The position numbers and the translations under genes are program-made. From contig CAVSGI010000010.1 of NCBI GenBank assembly GCA_963727445.1, positions 928,001-992,000 on the forward strand: a stretch of DNA of 64,000 bases, written 5' to 3'. A model generated the notes under the pieces. It did no database searches, was not told the DNA's origin, and worked only from the letters and a program-made list of their open reading frames with translations. Below, piece after piece: positions 1 to 9,748 of the stretch (within the stretch, counting starts at the first letter, position 1; the number at the start of each line of letters is the position of its first letter). Source of the DNA: an uncultured delta proteobacterium (GTDB taxonomy: Bacteria; Myxococcota_A; Polyangia; Polyangiales; B10-G4).

Positions 1-576
1 GGCGCGCAGGATCGCCGGGCCGGCCAGGATCTGTACGCCCGCTTCGTATCCGGAGATCGCATCCTCGAAACGTCCCGCGAAGACCTGCAGTCGACCGCGC
101 GCGAGATAGAGACCGACGTCGTCACGGAGGGCGAGGGATGCATCGTAGGCCTCGACCGCTTCGTCGACGCGTCCAGCCTCCTCGTGAATGCGTGCGACGA
201 TCGCGTTCGCCTCCGCCCGGTCCGCGTCGTTCATCGACGAGAGCGCGGACTCGAGGAGGCGAAGCGCGTGAGCTTCGTGGCCGAGGTCGACGTCGATGCG
301 CGCACGCACGAGGTAGACCTTCGAGGTGTCTTCGGCCGTCGCCTCCGCGAGGGCGAGGTCGTCGAGCGCTTCGTCGTAACGCGCCGCGCGGCGCAAGAGG
401 TCGGCGCGCCGCAACAGGAGCGACGCGTCTTGAGGCGCGACCTCGAGGCGCTGGCTGAGGGCCTCGATCTCCCGCTCGATCCCCGGATCAGCCGCGGCAG
501 TCGTCGAAATGGCGCTCGCCCCCACGAGACACAGCGCCGCCAGCCCAGGCAGACCTGGGACCCTCCCTACCCACAT
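1..576 (-). CDS. Secreted TPR-repeat protein (runs off window start)
   Basis: My translation of the minus strand from ATG 576: MWVGRVPGLPGLAALCLVGASAISTTAAA (signal-like), then helical TPR-like segments (LLLRRADLLRRAARYDEALDDL; ARIHEEAGRVDEAVEAYDASL; LARGRLQVFAGRFEDAISGY). No stop before position 1. Not in the ORF track. Confidence 0.75.
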   Translation of the reverse strand, partial: MWVGRVPGLPGLAALCLVGASAISTTAAADPGIEREIEALSQRLEVAPQDASLLLRRADLLRRAARYDEALDDLALAEATAEDTSKVYLVRARIDVDLGHEAHALRLLESALSSMNDADRAEANAIVARIHEEAGRVDEAVEAYDASLALRDDVGLYLARGRLQVFAGRFEDAISGYEAGVQILAGPAILRA

Positions 577-648
577 CCCCCGAGCCTACCCCGGGCTGCG
601 ACCGAAAAAAATCGAGGCTCAGCCTTGACCCGCGCCACCCACGTGTTA

Positions 649-668
649 CGGAATGACTGTTCATTCCG
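649..668. promoter_or_regulatory. Putative TetR operator (site 1)
   Basis: Perfect inverted repeat CGGAATGA-ctgt-TCATTCCG just before the tetR ATG (671), downstream of a TTGACC -35-like hexamer (625-630). Confidence 0.7.
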
Positions 669-670
669 AA

Positions 671-1255
671 ATGGCCGACGGCAGCAGCAATACGCGGGGC
701 GACAAGAAGGAGCGCATCTTGGATGCAGCGCTCTCCCTCTTTGCGACCTTCGGTTTTCACGGCACGGCGGTGCCGGCCATCGCCAAGAAGGCCGGTGTGG
801 GCGCGGGCACGATCTATCGCTACTTCGAGAGCAAGGAAGCGTTGGTCAACGAGCTCTTCCGACGCGAAAAGCAGCAGATCCTGGCCGTGATCATGGGGCA
901 ATTCCCAGTGGACGCCCCCCCACGGGACCAGTTTCACTACTTCGTCCAGGCGGTCGTGCGCTACGCGAGAGAGAACCGTGACTCCTTTCAGTTCCTCGAG
1001 CATCACCACCACGCCCCCTACCTGGACGACAAGAGCTGCGCGGTCGAAAAGCGCGTGATCATGCTGGTGAACTCCTTTCTGGAGCACACCAGCCAAGCCA
1101 AGGTCACGAAGCCCGTCTCCGCCGGGATCCTGATGAGCATCGTCTGGGGAGCCCTGATCCACCTGCTCAAGGACCAGTGGGCAGGACAACTGGAGCTCGA
1201 CGAGCAAGCCCTCTCCGACGTGGAGCGGGTCCTCTGGGAAGCGATTCGCCTCTGA
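671..1255 (+). CDS. TetR/AcrR family transcriptional regulator
   Basis: N-terminal HTH: KERILDAALSLFATFGFHGTAVPAIAKKAGVGAGTIYRYFESKEAL. Start at 671 or 653. Confidence 0.95.
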   Translation: MADGSSNTRGDKKERILDAALSLFATFGFHGTAVPAIAKKAGVGAGTIYRYFESKEALVNELFRREKQQILAVIMGQFPVDAPPRDQFHYFVQAVVRYARENRDSFQFLEHHHHAPYLDDKSCAVEKRVIMLVNSFLEHTSQAKVTKPVSAGILMSIVWGALIHLLKDQWAGQLELDEQALSDVERVLWEAIRL

Positions 1256-1305
1256 TTTCCCCCTTTTGGAGTTCGCGGGGGAGATCGTAGCCCCTCGCTC
1301 GTAGA

Positions 1306-1325
1306 CAGAACGAACATTCATTCCG
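1306..1325. promoter_or_regulatory. Putative TetR operator (site 2)
   Basis: CAGAACGA-acat-TCATTCCG: right arm identical to site 1, left arm has 2 mismatches; lies just upstream of the SDR ATG. Confidence 0.65.
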
Positions 1326-1339
1326 CGAGAGAGAAGAAC

Positions 1340-2206
1340 ATGACTCAGAAGACCATCCTCATCACGGGCGCGACCTCGGGCATCGGCAAGGACGCCGCTC
1401 TCCACCTTCATGAAAAGGGCCACCGCGTCATCGCCACCGGCCGCAACGAGCAGGCGCTGGCCGAGCTGAACGAGGCCGGCCTCATCGCGCGCCGCCTCGA
1501 CGTCACCGATCCCGAGTCCATCCGCTCCCTCGCCGCCGAGGTCGATCGCATCACCGAAGGCGAAGGCCCCGACGCCCTCGTGAACAACGCGGGCTACGGC
1601 CTCCTCGGTCCCCTCGAGGTGCTCTCCGAAGAGGACGTTCGCGCGCAGTTCGAGACCAACGTCTTCGGTCTCCTCGCCGTCACCCGCACCTTCATCCCCA
1701 AGATGCGCGCGCGCGGCGCGGGACGCATCGTGAACATCAGCAGCGTCGGCGGCCGCATCAGCTTCCCCTTCGGCGGCGCCTACCACGCGACCAAGTACGC
1801 GGTCGAAGCCATGAGCGACGCGCTCCGGATCGAGCTGAAGCAGTTCGGCATCGGCGTGGTGCTCATCGAGCCCGGCTACATCCGCACCAACTTCGCCTCC
1901 ACCACGCTCGACCTGCTCGACCCCTACCGGGACGAGAGCTCTCCGTACGCGGCCTCCTACGCGCTCACCGAAGGCATCGAGGCGAAGCTCGACCGCCTCG
2001 GCGCGGAGCCGCGCGTCGTGTCGAAGGCGATCGCCCACGCCATCGAAAGCCGCCGCCCGCGCGCCCGTTACGTGACGCCCGGCTTCAACATCCTCGGCGT
2101 GTGGTCCAACCTCTTCCTGCCCACGGGTCTCGTCGATCGCTTCCTCGCCCGCGTCTTCGGTCTCAGGCGCCGCCCCGCCCTCGCGGCGAACGCCAGCGCC
2201 GCCTGA
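1340..2206 (+). CDS. Short-chain dehydrogenase/reductase (classical SDR)
   Basis: TGATSGIG, NNAG and catalytic YHATK motifs. Confidence 0.95.
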   Translation: MTQKTILITGATSGIGKDAALHLHEKGHRVIATGRNEQALAELNEAGLIARRLDVTDPESIRSLAAEVDRITEGEGPDALVNNAGYGLLGPLEVLSEEDVRAQFETNVFGLLAVTRTFIPKMRARGAGRIVNISSVGGRISFPFGGAYHATKYAVEAMSDALRIELKQFGIGVVLIEPGYIRTNFASTTLDLLDPYRDESSPYAASYALTEGIEAKLDRLGAEPRVVSKAIAHAIESRRPRARYVTPGFNILGVWSNLFLPTGLVDRFLARVFGLRRRPALAANASAA

Positions 2207-2236
2207 GCCCGCCGACCCGACCCGTGGGCTGTTCGC

Positions 2237-3091
2237 TCAACCGATGAGGGCGCGATAGCCCTCACGATAGGTCGGATAGCGGAAGTGGAAGCCCGACTCG
2301 ACGAGTCGCTCGCTCATCGCGCGCACGTTCGAATCGGGCTTCGCGCTTCCGTCGACCGGCGGGATCTCCTTGCCCTGGCGCTCGGCGAGCCAGTCGAGGA
2401 CGTCGAGGCGGCGCGCGGGCTCGCGATCGCAGAGCAGGTAGAGCTTCTCGGGCCGCTTGGCGGTCGCGAGATGGACCGTCGCTTCGACGGCGTCGTGACG
2501 GTGGATGAGGTTGGTGTGAGCGAGAGGCGCGGGGACCGGCGGGGCGCGATCGCGAAAGGCCGCGGCGAGGCCCGGACGGTCCGGACCGTAGAGCTCGCCG
2601 AGACGCAGGACGGTCGAGGGGACCATGGCTTCCAAAAGCGCGCGCTCCCCCGCGAGGAGCGCCTCGGCGGCCTTGCTCACCGCTGCTTCGCCGAGCGATG
2701 AATCCTCGTCGACCCACTCGCCGTCGCGGTCGCCGTAGACCTCGATGCTGCTGCCGAAGACGAAGCGCGAGAGGCGAATGCGCTTCGCGCGGAACGCCTC
2801 GAGGAGCCGCGCCGGGCCGGTGGTGAGGGTCCCGCGGAGCGTCTCGGGCTCCTCGCTTCGCGGCCGCACCAGGTACAGGACGACGTCGACGTCGGGGATG
2901 CGGCGGAAGGTGTTGGGGATGGTGACGTCGCCCTCGACCGGATTGACGTTCACGGGGAGCTTCGAGGGATCGCGCGCGAGACCCCACACGCCGTGACCCA
3001 TGGCCGCGAGGCGAACGCCGACCGCGGCGCCCAGGTAGCCGCAGCCCACGATCAAAAAGCGCGCGCGCGTGTGTGACGTGCGTCCGGCCAC
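2237..3091 (-). CDS. NAD-dependent epimerase/atypical SDR (YeeZ-like)
   Basis: IVGCGYLG Rossmann motif, SSIEVYGDRDGEWVDE, LRLGELYGPDR, C-terminal FRYPTYREG. Confidence 0.85.
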   Translation of the reverse strand: MAGRTSHTRARFLIVGCGYLGAAVGVRLAAMGHGVWGLARDPSKLPVNVNPVEGDVTIPNTFRRIPDVDVVLYLVRPRSEEPETLRGTLTTGPARLLEAFRAKRIRLSRFVFGSSIEVYGDRDGEWVDEDSSLGEAAVSKAAEALLAGERALLEAMVPSTVLRLGELYGPDRPGLAAAFRDRAPPVPAPLAHTNLIHRHDAVEATVHLATAKRPEKLYLLCDREPARRLDVLDWLAERQGKEIPPVDGSAKPDSNVRAMSERLVESGFHFRYPTYREGYRALIG

Positions 3092-3302
3092 GCGCGGAGG
3101 CTACCACCCCCTTTCTGGTCATCCCGCGTCCACCCCGCGCGGAATGTTTCCGACGCGGCGTGTGCGTCTGATCACGCTTCGTGATCTTGCCGCGGTGTGT
3201 CGTGAGAGCACGCACGTCGTCCGCTTAATTCTGTGGGGTCACGTACATGTAGGTTCCCCCCGCGCTCGCAGTGGAGAGCGTCTCCCCCGAGAAAAGGTGA
3301 CC

Positions 3303-4754
3303 ATGCTCCGCTGTCCTCCCTCCGTGAGCGCGATTGCGCTCTTCGCGACGCTCGCGTTCGCCTCCCTTCCCGCTTCCGTCAGCGCTCAGATCACGGACGC
3401 TGCCGCCCTCGACGCCGCCTTGAGCGCCGCGAGCGCCGGTGACGTCGTCGTGTTCGGCGGCCACATCGTCGGCGACTTCCTCGTCCCGGGGGGCGTCACG
3501 CTCCGCGGCGCGGACGAAGCCGTCCTCGAAGGCTCGGGCGTCGGCACGGCGTTGACCGTCACCCCCGGTGGCGGCACGCCCACCACGCTCGATCACTTCA
3601 AGATCGTCACCGACGGGCGCTACGGCATCTGGGTCAGCGGGGCGGGCGCCACGAACATCGAAGACGTGATGATCTCGGCCACGCGCGGCGTGGGGATCGG
3701 CGCGGAGGACACGGACGCGCTGGCGCTCACGGACGTGCGCCTCACGGGTCCGATCACCGGCGACAACGAGGCCACCGTGCCCGCCGACGCCTCGCCCTAC
3801 GACTGGCCGACCCACGGGATCATCCTCCTCGCGGTGGACGACGCCGCCCTCGACGGCGTGACCTCCACCGGCTTCGCCCAAGCGGGCGCGATCATCGCGG
3901 GCTCGACGACCGCGGTCTGGTCCTCGCGCTTCGACCGCAACGTCGGCACCGGCCTGGTGATCGCGGGCGGTGACACCACCCTCGACGACGTGACGGCGAG
4001 CGGCACCTTCCGCGGGGCGCGCGCCATCGACGAGCGCGCGGCGGGCATCGCCATCGGCGGCGACGCCAACGTCACCTCGACCCGCACCCGCGTCATCCAG
4101 AACGACGGCTTCGGCCTCTTCCACGACGGCAGCGGCATCGTCGACCACGCCCAGCTCGCGGCGCTGTCGAACGAAGAGGGCGGCATCTGGACGCAGAACG
4201 CCGAGTACGTCGGCCTCGAGAGCGCGGCGGTGAGCGGCAACAAGAGCACCGGCATCGTCGCCATCGACACGACCTACACGATGCTCTCCGACGTCCACGT
4301 CATCGGCACCAGCCCGGCGAGCGTCGGCGGCGGCCCCGCCCTCGCGGACGGCATCGACCTCATCGCCACCGACGCCACCGTCGACGGCGCCGAGCTCCGC
4401 GCCAACGACCGCATCGGCCTCCTCGCGGCCCTCGGCCCGAGCCAGGCCACCTTCGACATCGCCCTCAGCGACGTCCTCGTCGCCGGCCGCAGCTACTCCC
4501 TCGGCGTCATCTTCCAGCGCGGCGACTCGCTCATCAAGGACGGCTCCTCGTCCGATGGCGTGACGAAGCTGGGGACGGTCGCGCGGAACGATGGGTTGTT
4601 GGAGGGGGTGCTGGCGTTGGTGGGGATCACTGAACCGCCCAGCGCTCTCCCAAGCGCGATCGATTTGGTCGGAATCACCGAGCCGCCAAGCGCTCTCCCT
4701 GCGATCGACCAGGTGATTTTCGGTGATCTTCTGATCACCGACGGTCCATTCTAG
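3303..4754 (+). CDS. Secreted right-handed beta-helix (pectin-lyase-like fold) protein
   Basis: Signal peptide ending ASVSA-Q; ALDAALSAASAGDVV cap and GVTLRG motif; repeated N-x2-x-G-I/L strands. Confidence 0.7.
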   Translation: MLRCPPSVSAIALFATLAFASLPASVSAQITDAAALDAALSAASAGDVVVFGGHIVGDFLVPGGVTLRGADEAVLEGSGVGTALTVTPGGGTPTTLDHFKIVTDGRYGIWVSGAGATNIEDVMISATRGVGIGAEDTDALALTDVRLTGPITGDNEATVPADASPYDWPTHGIILLAVDDAALDGVTSTGFAQAGAIIAGSTTAVWSSRFDRNVGTGLVIAGGDTTLDDVTASGTFRGARAIDERAAGIAIGGDANVTSTRTRVIQNDGFGLFHDGSGIVDHAQLAALSNEEGGIWTQNAEYVGLESAAVSGNKSTGIVAIDTTYTMLSDVHVIGTSPASVGGGPALADGIDLIATDATVDGAELRANDRIGLLAALGPSQATFDIALSDVLVAGRSYSLGVIFQRGDSLIKDGSSSDGVTKLGTVARNDGLLEGVLALVGITEPPSALPSAIDLVGITEPPSALPAIDQVIFGDLLITDGPF

Positions 4755-7700
4755 TCAACTGGCCTCCATCAACGCGCGGTTGATAGGAGCGGCGAGAAAT
4801 CGATCGCGCGCGGCTTCACTACTGATGCCGAGCGTGTGATCAGCCACTATCTGTCGCCCCCGCTCGAATGCATCTCTTGCTTCGTCATGTCTTCCTGCGG
4901 CCGCAAGTGCTCGTCCATGCGCGAGATAGAGCTCGGTTTCTCCATCGTCCAGGCCTCCGACCTCGTCTCGAAGCGCGATCCCACGCGCAGCCAGATCAAC
5001 GGCGGCTTTGACGTCAGAGCGCGCGAGGCTCGCGGCGGACAACACCGCAAAGGTCGCGGCGACACGTGCCTTCAGACCGTGGGCTTCAGCCAGCTCTCGT
5101 GCGGCCTCCGCTGCCGCAATTGCGTCAGACCATTGGGCCCTGCGGAGACGCAACCGTGCCAGGCAGAGGAGCGCGGACGCCTCTAGGGAGACGTTGGGCG
5201 CGTCCCTACCGATGGAGCGGGCGGCCTGCAAGAGTTGGCCAGCCTCCTCCCACGACCCCACACCCGTCATTGTGATGCCGAGATTCAGCGTGGCCCACCC
5301 TTCAGAAACCCGATTCCCAACGCGCTGACAGTCCTCAATCGCTCTTCGCAGTGCAGGCGCAGCTTCATCGAACGCGCACAGCTTGTTGTAGACATCCGCC
5401 AGATTGGCGCGCGCGCGCGCTGCACGCTGCAGATCGCCGTTGTTTTCGTGCAGCGTCAGCGCAGAGCGGTGAAACTGCTCCTCCTCGGAGAACCTGCCCT
5501 GCGTACTTGCCAAGTAACCACGGAGCTCCATCACCCACCCGGCAAGTGGCGAGCCTGAGGGCGCCGCGTGCTCCGCATCGACGACATCCTTCTCCGCTGC
5601 CCCAAGCTCGCCGCGCGTCACGCGCACCGTTGCCCGCCGAAGCAGCGCCCGCACCACAGTCTCAGCGTCCCGTCCCTTCTCCCCCAGCGCCACAGCCCAC
5701 GCCAGTTCTTCGATGGCCTCCTCACTCTTGCCGCTCACCAAATAGTCATGTCCTCGCTCGCTGTGCACCCGCGCCTTCTCCCGATCGCTCTGCGCGCATT
5801 CCATCGCGTCTTCGAGCTCGCGCAGCGCCTCCGGCACCAGCCCCCGGAACGTGAGCGCATTCGCCCGCGCCATCCGCAGCTCGAAGCGCGTGCCTTCACG
5901 CACGCCGAAGGCGAGCGCCTTTTCGCTCCACGCCTCGACGCCCTTCACGTCGCCCTTGCGGCTCGCTTCGAGCGCGGCGGCGGCGTACTTGTCCGCGGCC
6001 TTGCCGCGCTCGCCGCCCTTGTCGAAGTGGACAGCGAGCTCTTCGGGGCTCGCTTCGCCGAGATACTCGAGGACCTCGGCGGCGCGGCGGTGGAGCTCGG
6101 CGCGCTGGTCGCGGGCGAGCATGGCGTAGGCCACCTCGCCGACGATGCCGACGCGGAAGCGATACTGCCTTGCCTTGCCGACGCGCTCGGCGGCGCGGGC
6201 GGAGACGATGCCGCGGCGGGCGAGGGACTCGAGGAGGATGGCGGCGTCGGGGACGCCGAGCTCTTCGAGCTCGTCGACGGAGAAGGGGCGGCCGAGGACC
6301 GAGGCGTAGCGGCAGAGGGTCTTTTCGAGCGGCGGCAGGTGGTCGAGTCGCGACTGGACGGCGGCCTCGACGGTGAGCGGGAGCGGCAGGTCCTTCTCGG
6401 TGCCCTGGTCGAAGTCGCGGGAGAGGAGCTCGGCGATGGTCTGCTCGACGAAGAGGGGGTTACCGCCGCAGCGCTCGGTGACGCGGTCGATGAGCGCGTC
6501 GTCGAGCGGCCGCCGCGCGAGGGCGTTCGCCATCTCGGCTACGTCGGCGCGAAGGAGCGGCCGCGGCTCGATGCGCAACACGCCCTGCGACTTCAGATAC
6601 TCCGGTCGCGCCTCGTCGATCCACGGCCGCGCCGTCAGGAACACGAGGAAGGGCGTGTCGCGGAGGTAGTCGACCAGCTCCTCGACCACGTCGAGGGTCG
6701 CGTCGTCGGACCACTGGATGTCCTCGAGCGCCAGCGCCAGCGGCCCCTTCGCCGAGAGCCCGGCGAAGAAGTCGCGCACCGCGAGGCGGATCCGGTCGGC
6801 CATGACCCGGGGATCGCTTCGCGCCGCCGCGAGCCCCGGAGCGTCCCCGAAGTCCACCGCCAGGAGCTCACCGAGGAAGGGCGCCGTCTCCTCGATGCGC
6901 AGCGGATCGGCGATCGCGCTCTCGGTCAGCGCGCGCACGGCCTCGCGCCGCTCGTCGATCGGCGCCTCGGGATCGATCCGTGCCCCCTCGGTGACGATGC
7001 GCGCGTGCCGCCTCAACGCGGCGCCCATGAGCGAAAAGGCGCTCGACTTCCCGAGCGTGTCGCCCCGGGCGAAGAGGACCGTCGCGCTTTCTTCGCGCTC
7101 GGCGAGGCGCGCCTGCATCTCCTCGCGGAGGCGGCTCTTTCCGATGCCCGTCGGCCCGACCACCATCACCGCCGAGGCGCGCCGCCCCTCGAAGACCTCG
7201 CGCAGGGCGTGGTCGATCTGGGCGAGCTCCATCTGGCGGCCGACGAAGGGCGGCGCCACCGCCGGCTCGACGAGCTTCGGCGCGAGCGCGTCAGCCACGA
7301 CGTCGGGCACCGGCGGCAGGAGCGAGTCGCGATACGCCCCCGCCCGCTCCGTCACGGGCGCGCGCGGCGCGATCGGTGTGGGCCGCCGCGGCGCGCCCAC
7401 CTCGAGGAAGCCGTTGCCCAACGTGTACGTGGCGAAGCCTTCGCCGAGCAGCTTCGCCGAGCGCTCGTCGATGACCACGCCCGCCGCATTCAGGTTCGCG
7501 CCGCGCTCCGCGTGCGCCAGCGCCTCGCCGCTGATCCCCGCGCCGTGCCCCGTCGCGTGCCCCGCCGCGACCACCATCGACGACACCGCGTCGCGCGCCT
7601 CGAGGGCGGCCTCCACCGCGCGCCCCAGCTCGTCTCCCTCCCAGGCCTCGCCGCCGAAGAGCCCGACGGCGCGCTTCGCGTAGAGCGGCAGGTACTGCCC

Positions 7701-8663
7701 ACGCCGCTTCTCCACCGCGTGGCGCAGGGCTTCGCCGTCCGTGACACCCTCGGCGAAGAGCACCGCCACCAGGCGCCGCTCGCCCACGGCGATGCTCGGC
7801 CGCGTCACCGGGAACTCCCCGGTGCCCGCCACCTCGTCGGGGTCCAGCTCGAGGAGCGCCCTCTTCAGCTTGTCGGCGCTCGACCAACGGAAGCGCGGGT
7901 TCTTCACCAGACAGCGCTCGATCACCACCGCCAGGGGCGGCGGCACCCGCGGCGCCACCGCGCGGAGCGGCGTCAGCTCCTCGCGGAGGATCGCCAGCAC
8001 CGTCTGCAGCATCCCCTGGTACTCGAAGGGCGTCTCGCCGGCGAGGCACTCGTACAACACCGCGCCGAGGCTCCAGATGTCGGTCCGATGATCGAGCTTC
8101 TGCGTGCCGCTCGCCTGCTCCGGCGACAGATACCAGGGCGTCCCGACCACCATCCCGGTCGTCGTGATGCGCTCCGGATCGGTGTCGAGGAGCGCGATCC
8201 CGAAGTCGAGGATCTTCACCGTGCCGTCGCGCGTGACGAAGAGGTTCTCCGGCTTGAGGTCGCGGTGGACGACGCCGGCCGCGTGGGCGACCTCGAGCCC
8301 CTGGCAGACCGCCACGCCGAGGTCGACGACGTCCTGGGGCGACATCGTTCCCTCCGAAAGGACGTCCGCCAGCGGGCGCCCCTCGAGGAGCTCGAGGACG
8401 AGGAAGGGCGTCCCTCGCTCGGTGCCGGCGTCGAGGACCTGCACGATGTTCGGGTGGTCGAGGCGGATCTTCGCTTCCTTCTCGAATCGCGCGATGGTCC
8501 CCGCCTTCTCGAGGCGGACGTCGAAGAGCTTGAGCGCGACGGCCAGGCCGTCATCCCGGGTGGCGCGGTAGACGCTGCCGGTCCCGCCGGAGGCGATGGC
8601 CTCCCCCAGGGTGTAGGCGCCGATCCGCTTCGGCGGGTTTTCGCTCGGGCGAGAGGCGCTCAT
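4755..8663 (-). CDS. Ser/Thr kinase - degenerate cyclase - AAA/STAND NTPase - TPR protein
   Basis: Kinase motifs VALK, HRDLKPEN, DFG, GTPWYLSPE; cyclase-like start ERRLVAVLFAE; FVGRQMEL, Walker A GPTGIGKS and Walker B LALEDIQWSD; GGNPLF; C-terminal TPRs. Confidence 0.9.
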   Translation of the reverse strand: MSASRPSENPPKRIGAYTLGEAIASGGTGSVYRATRDDGLAVALKLFDVRLEKAGTIARFEKEAKIRLDHPNIVQVLDAGTERGTPFLVLELLEGRPLADVLSEGTMSPQDVVDLGVAVCQGLEVAHAAGVVHRDLKPENLFVTRDGTVKILDFGIALLDTDPERITTTGMVVGTPWYLSPEQASGTQKLDHRTDIWSLGAVLYECLAGETPFEYQGMLQTVLAILREELTPLRAVAPRVPPPLAVVIERCLVKNPRFRWSSADKLKRALLELDPDEVAGTGEFPVTRPSIAVGERRLVAVLFAEGVTDGEALRHAVEKRRGQYLPLYAKRAVGLFGGEAWEGDELGRAVEAALEARDAVSSMVVAAGHATGHGAGISGEALAHAERGANLNAAGVVIDERSAKLLGEGFATYTLGNGFLEVGAPRRPTPIAPRAPVTERAGAYRDSLLPPVPDVVADALAPKLVEPAVAPPFVGRQMELAQIDHALREVFEGRRASAVMVVGPTGIGKSRLREEMQARLAEREESATVLFARGDTLGKSSAFSLMGAALRRHARIVTEGARIDPEAPIDERREAVRALTESAIADPLRIEETAPFLGELLAVDFGDAPGLAAARSDPRVMADRIRLAVRDFFAGLSAKGPLALALEDIQWSDDATLDVVEELVDYLRDTPFLVFLTARPWIDEARPEYLKSQGVLRIEPRPLLRADVAEMANALARRPLDDALIDRVTERCGGNPLFVEQTIAELLSRDFDQGTEKDLPLPLTVEAAVQSRLDHLPPLEKTLCRYASVLGRPFSVDELEELGVPDAAILLESLARRGIVSARAAERVGKARQYRFRVGIVGEVAYAMLARDQRAELHRRAAEVLEYLGEASPEELAVHFDKGGERGKAADKYAAAALEASRKGDVKGVEAWSEKALAFGVREGTRFELRMARANALTFRGLVPEALRELEDAMECAQSDREKARVHSERGHDYLVSGKSEEAIEELAWAVALGEKGRDAETVVRALLRRATVRVTRGELGAAEKDVVDAEHAAPSGSPLAGWVMELRGYLASTQGRFSEEEQFHRSALTLHENNGDLQRAARARANLADVYNKLCAFDEAAPALRRAIEDCQRVGNRVSEGWATLNLGITMTGVGSWEEAGQLLQAARSIGRDAPNVSLEASALLCLARLRLRRAQWSDAIAAAEAARELAEAHGLKARVAATFAVLSAASLARSDVKAAVDLAARGIALRDEVGGLDDGETELYLAHGRALAAAGRHDEARDAFERGRQIVADHTLGISSEAARDRFLAAPINRALMEAS

Positions 8664-8664
8664 C

Positions 8665-9684
8665 TCAGGATCGGAGGACAGCGAGGATCTCCTCCCGCCG
8701 GGTGGCGGGAAGCTTCGAGAACTCCTTCGAGGCGAGGAGCTCGTCGAGCTCCTCCTTCATGTCGAGCTGGAAGTAGCACTCGATCAGCGCTTCCACGACG
8801 TCGGGGGTGCGCTTGGCGCGTTTCAGGTAGAGGAGCGCGTCCTGGTGCTCGCCGAGGCGCGCGGTCGCGGGGCCGAGGATCTGCCAGGTGCGGTCCATCG
8901 TGAGCGGGCTCGGGTTGTCGAGGCTCCGGAGTTGATGGCAGAGGCGCGCCGCCTCGCGGTAGTCGCCAGCGGCGTAGGCCTTCTCGGCGTCGGCGACGAG
9001 CTTCTTCGCCATCTGAGAGACGGGGCGCACCGCGCCCGAGCTGATCTGACCGCGAAGAGCCTGAACGTTCCGCCACGCCGCGAAGGCGGCGAGGGCGAAG
9101 ACGAAGAGCGACTTGGTGAGGATGCCGAAGAGGAGCGCGGGCGCGAGGATGCCGAGCGAGACCCAGTGGGTGATCTTCTCGGCGGTGCGCGGCGTCAGGA
9201 ACTGGAGCAGCCCCAGCCGGAAGAGCTGGCCGCCATCGAGGGGCCAGAGCGGCAGCAGGTTCACCACCGACCAGATGATGTTGATGTAGAGGAGGATCCG
9301 GACCGCGTACGCCACGTTCCCCGCCATCACGGGGTCGGCGATCGGGGGAAGGAAGAGCGAGACCACCCAGACCAGCGCGCCCAGCAGGAGCCCCGCCCCG
9401 GGCCCGGCGACGACGATCAACGCGTCGTGTCGATCGCGGTCGGCGCGCTGATGAGAGCAAAGTCCACCCAGCCCCCAGAGCAGGATGCTCGGGCCGAGGC
9501 GATAGTGCCGCGCCACCACCGCGTGGCCCAGCTCGTGGATCAGGATACTGACCGTCACCCCGACGGCCCAGATGACGGCGGACGCGAGGTCCCCGCCCTG
9601 CAGCCAGAAGAGGAGCAGCAGGAGGTACCAGGGACTCACCGAGACCGGGATGTCCCCGATGCTGAAGACGCGAAAGCCAGACAC
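8665..9684 (-). CDS. Site-2 protease (M50 family) with C-terminal TPR-like region
   Basis: HELGH zinc motif, VAGP, NLLPLWPLDGG, several TM segments. Confidence 0.92.
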   Translation of the reverse strand: MSGFRVFSIGDIPVSVSPWYLLLLLFWLQGGDLASAVIWAVGVTVSILIHELGHAVVARHYRLGPSILLWGLGGLCSHQRADRDRHDALIVVAGPGAGLLLGALVWVVSLFLPPIADPVMAGNVAYAVRILLYINIIWSVVNLLPLWPLDGGQLFRLGLLQFLTPRTAEKITHWVSLGILAPALLFGILTKSLFVFALAAFAAWRNVQALRGQISSGAVRPVSQMAKKLVADAEKAYAAGDYREAARLCHQLRSLDNPSPLTMDRTWQILGPATARLGEHQDALLYLKRAKRTPDVVEALIECYFQLDMKEELDELLASKEFSKLPATRREEILAVLRS

Positions 9685-9748
9685 GATCGGCGCGCGAAAT
9701 GTAGCCGCTGCGGGGCGCAGGGGCTACGGCGCCTCACGAGAAAGGGCC

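Noticed and set aside
4560..5850. Diversity-generating retroelement target
   Set aside because: There is no reverse transcriptase and no template/variable repeat pair with A-specific mismatches in the window.
5568..8903. Long antisense ORFs (this 1111-aa one, also 15731-18448, 52198-54417, 55282-57447 and others)
   Set aside because: These are shadow frames of real genes in high-GC DNA, with no recognisable motifs.
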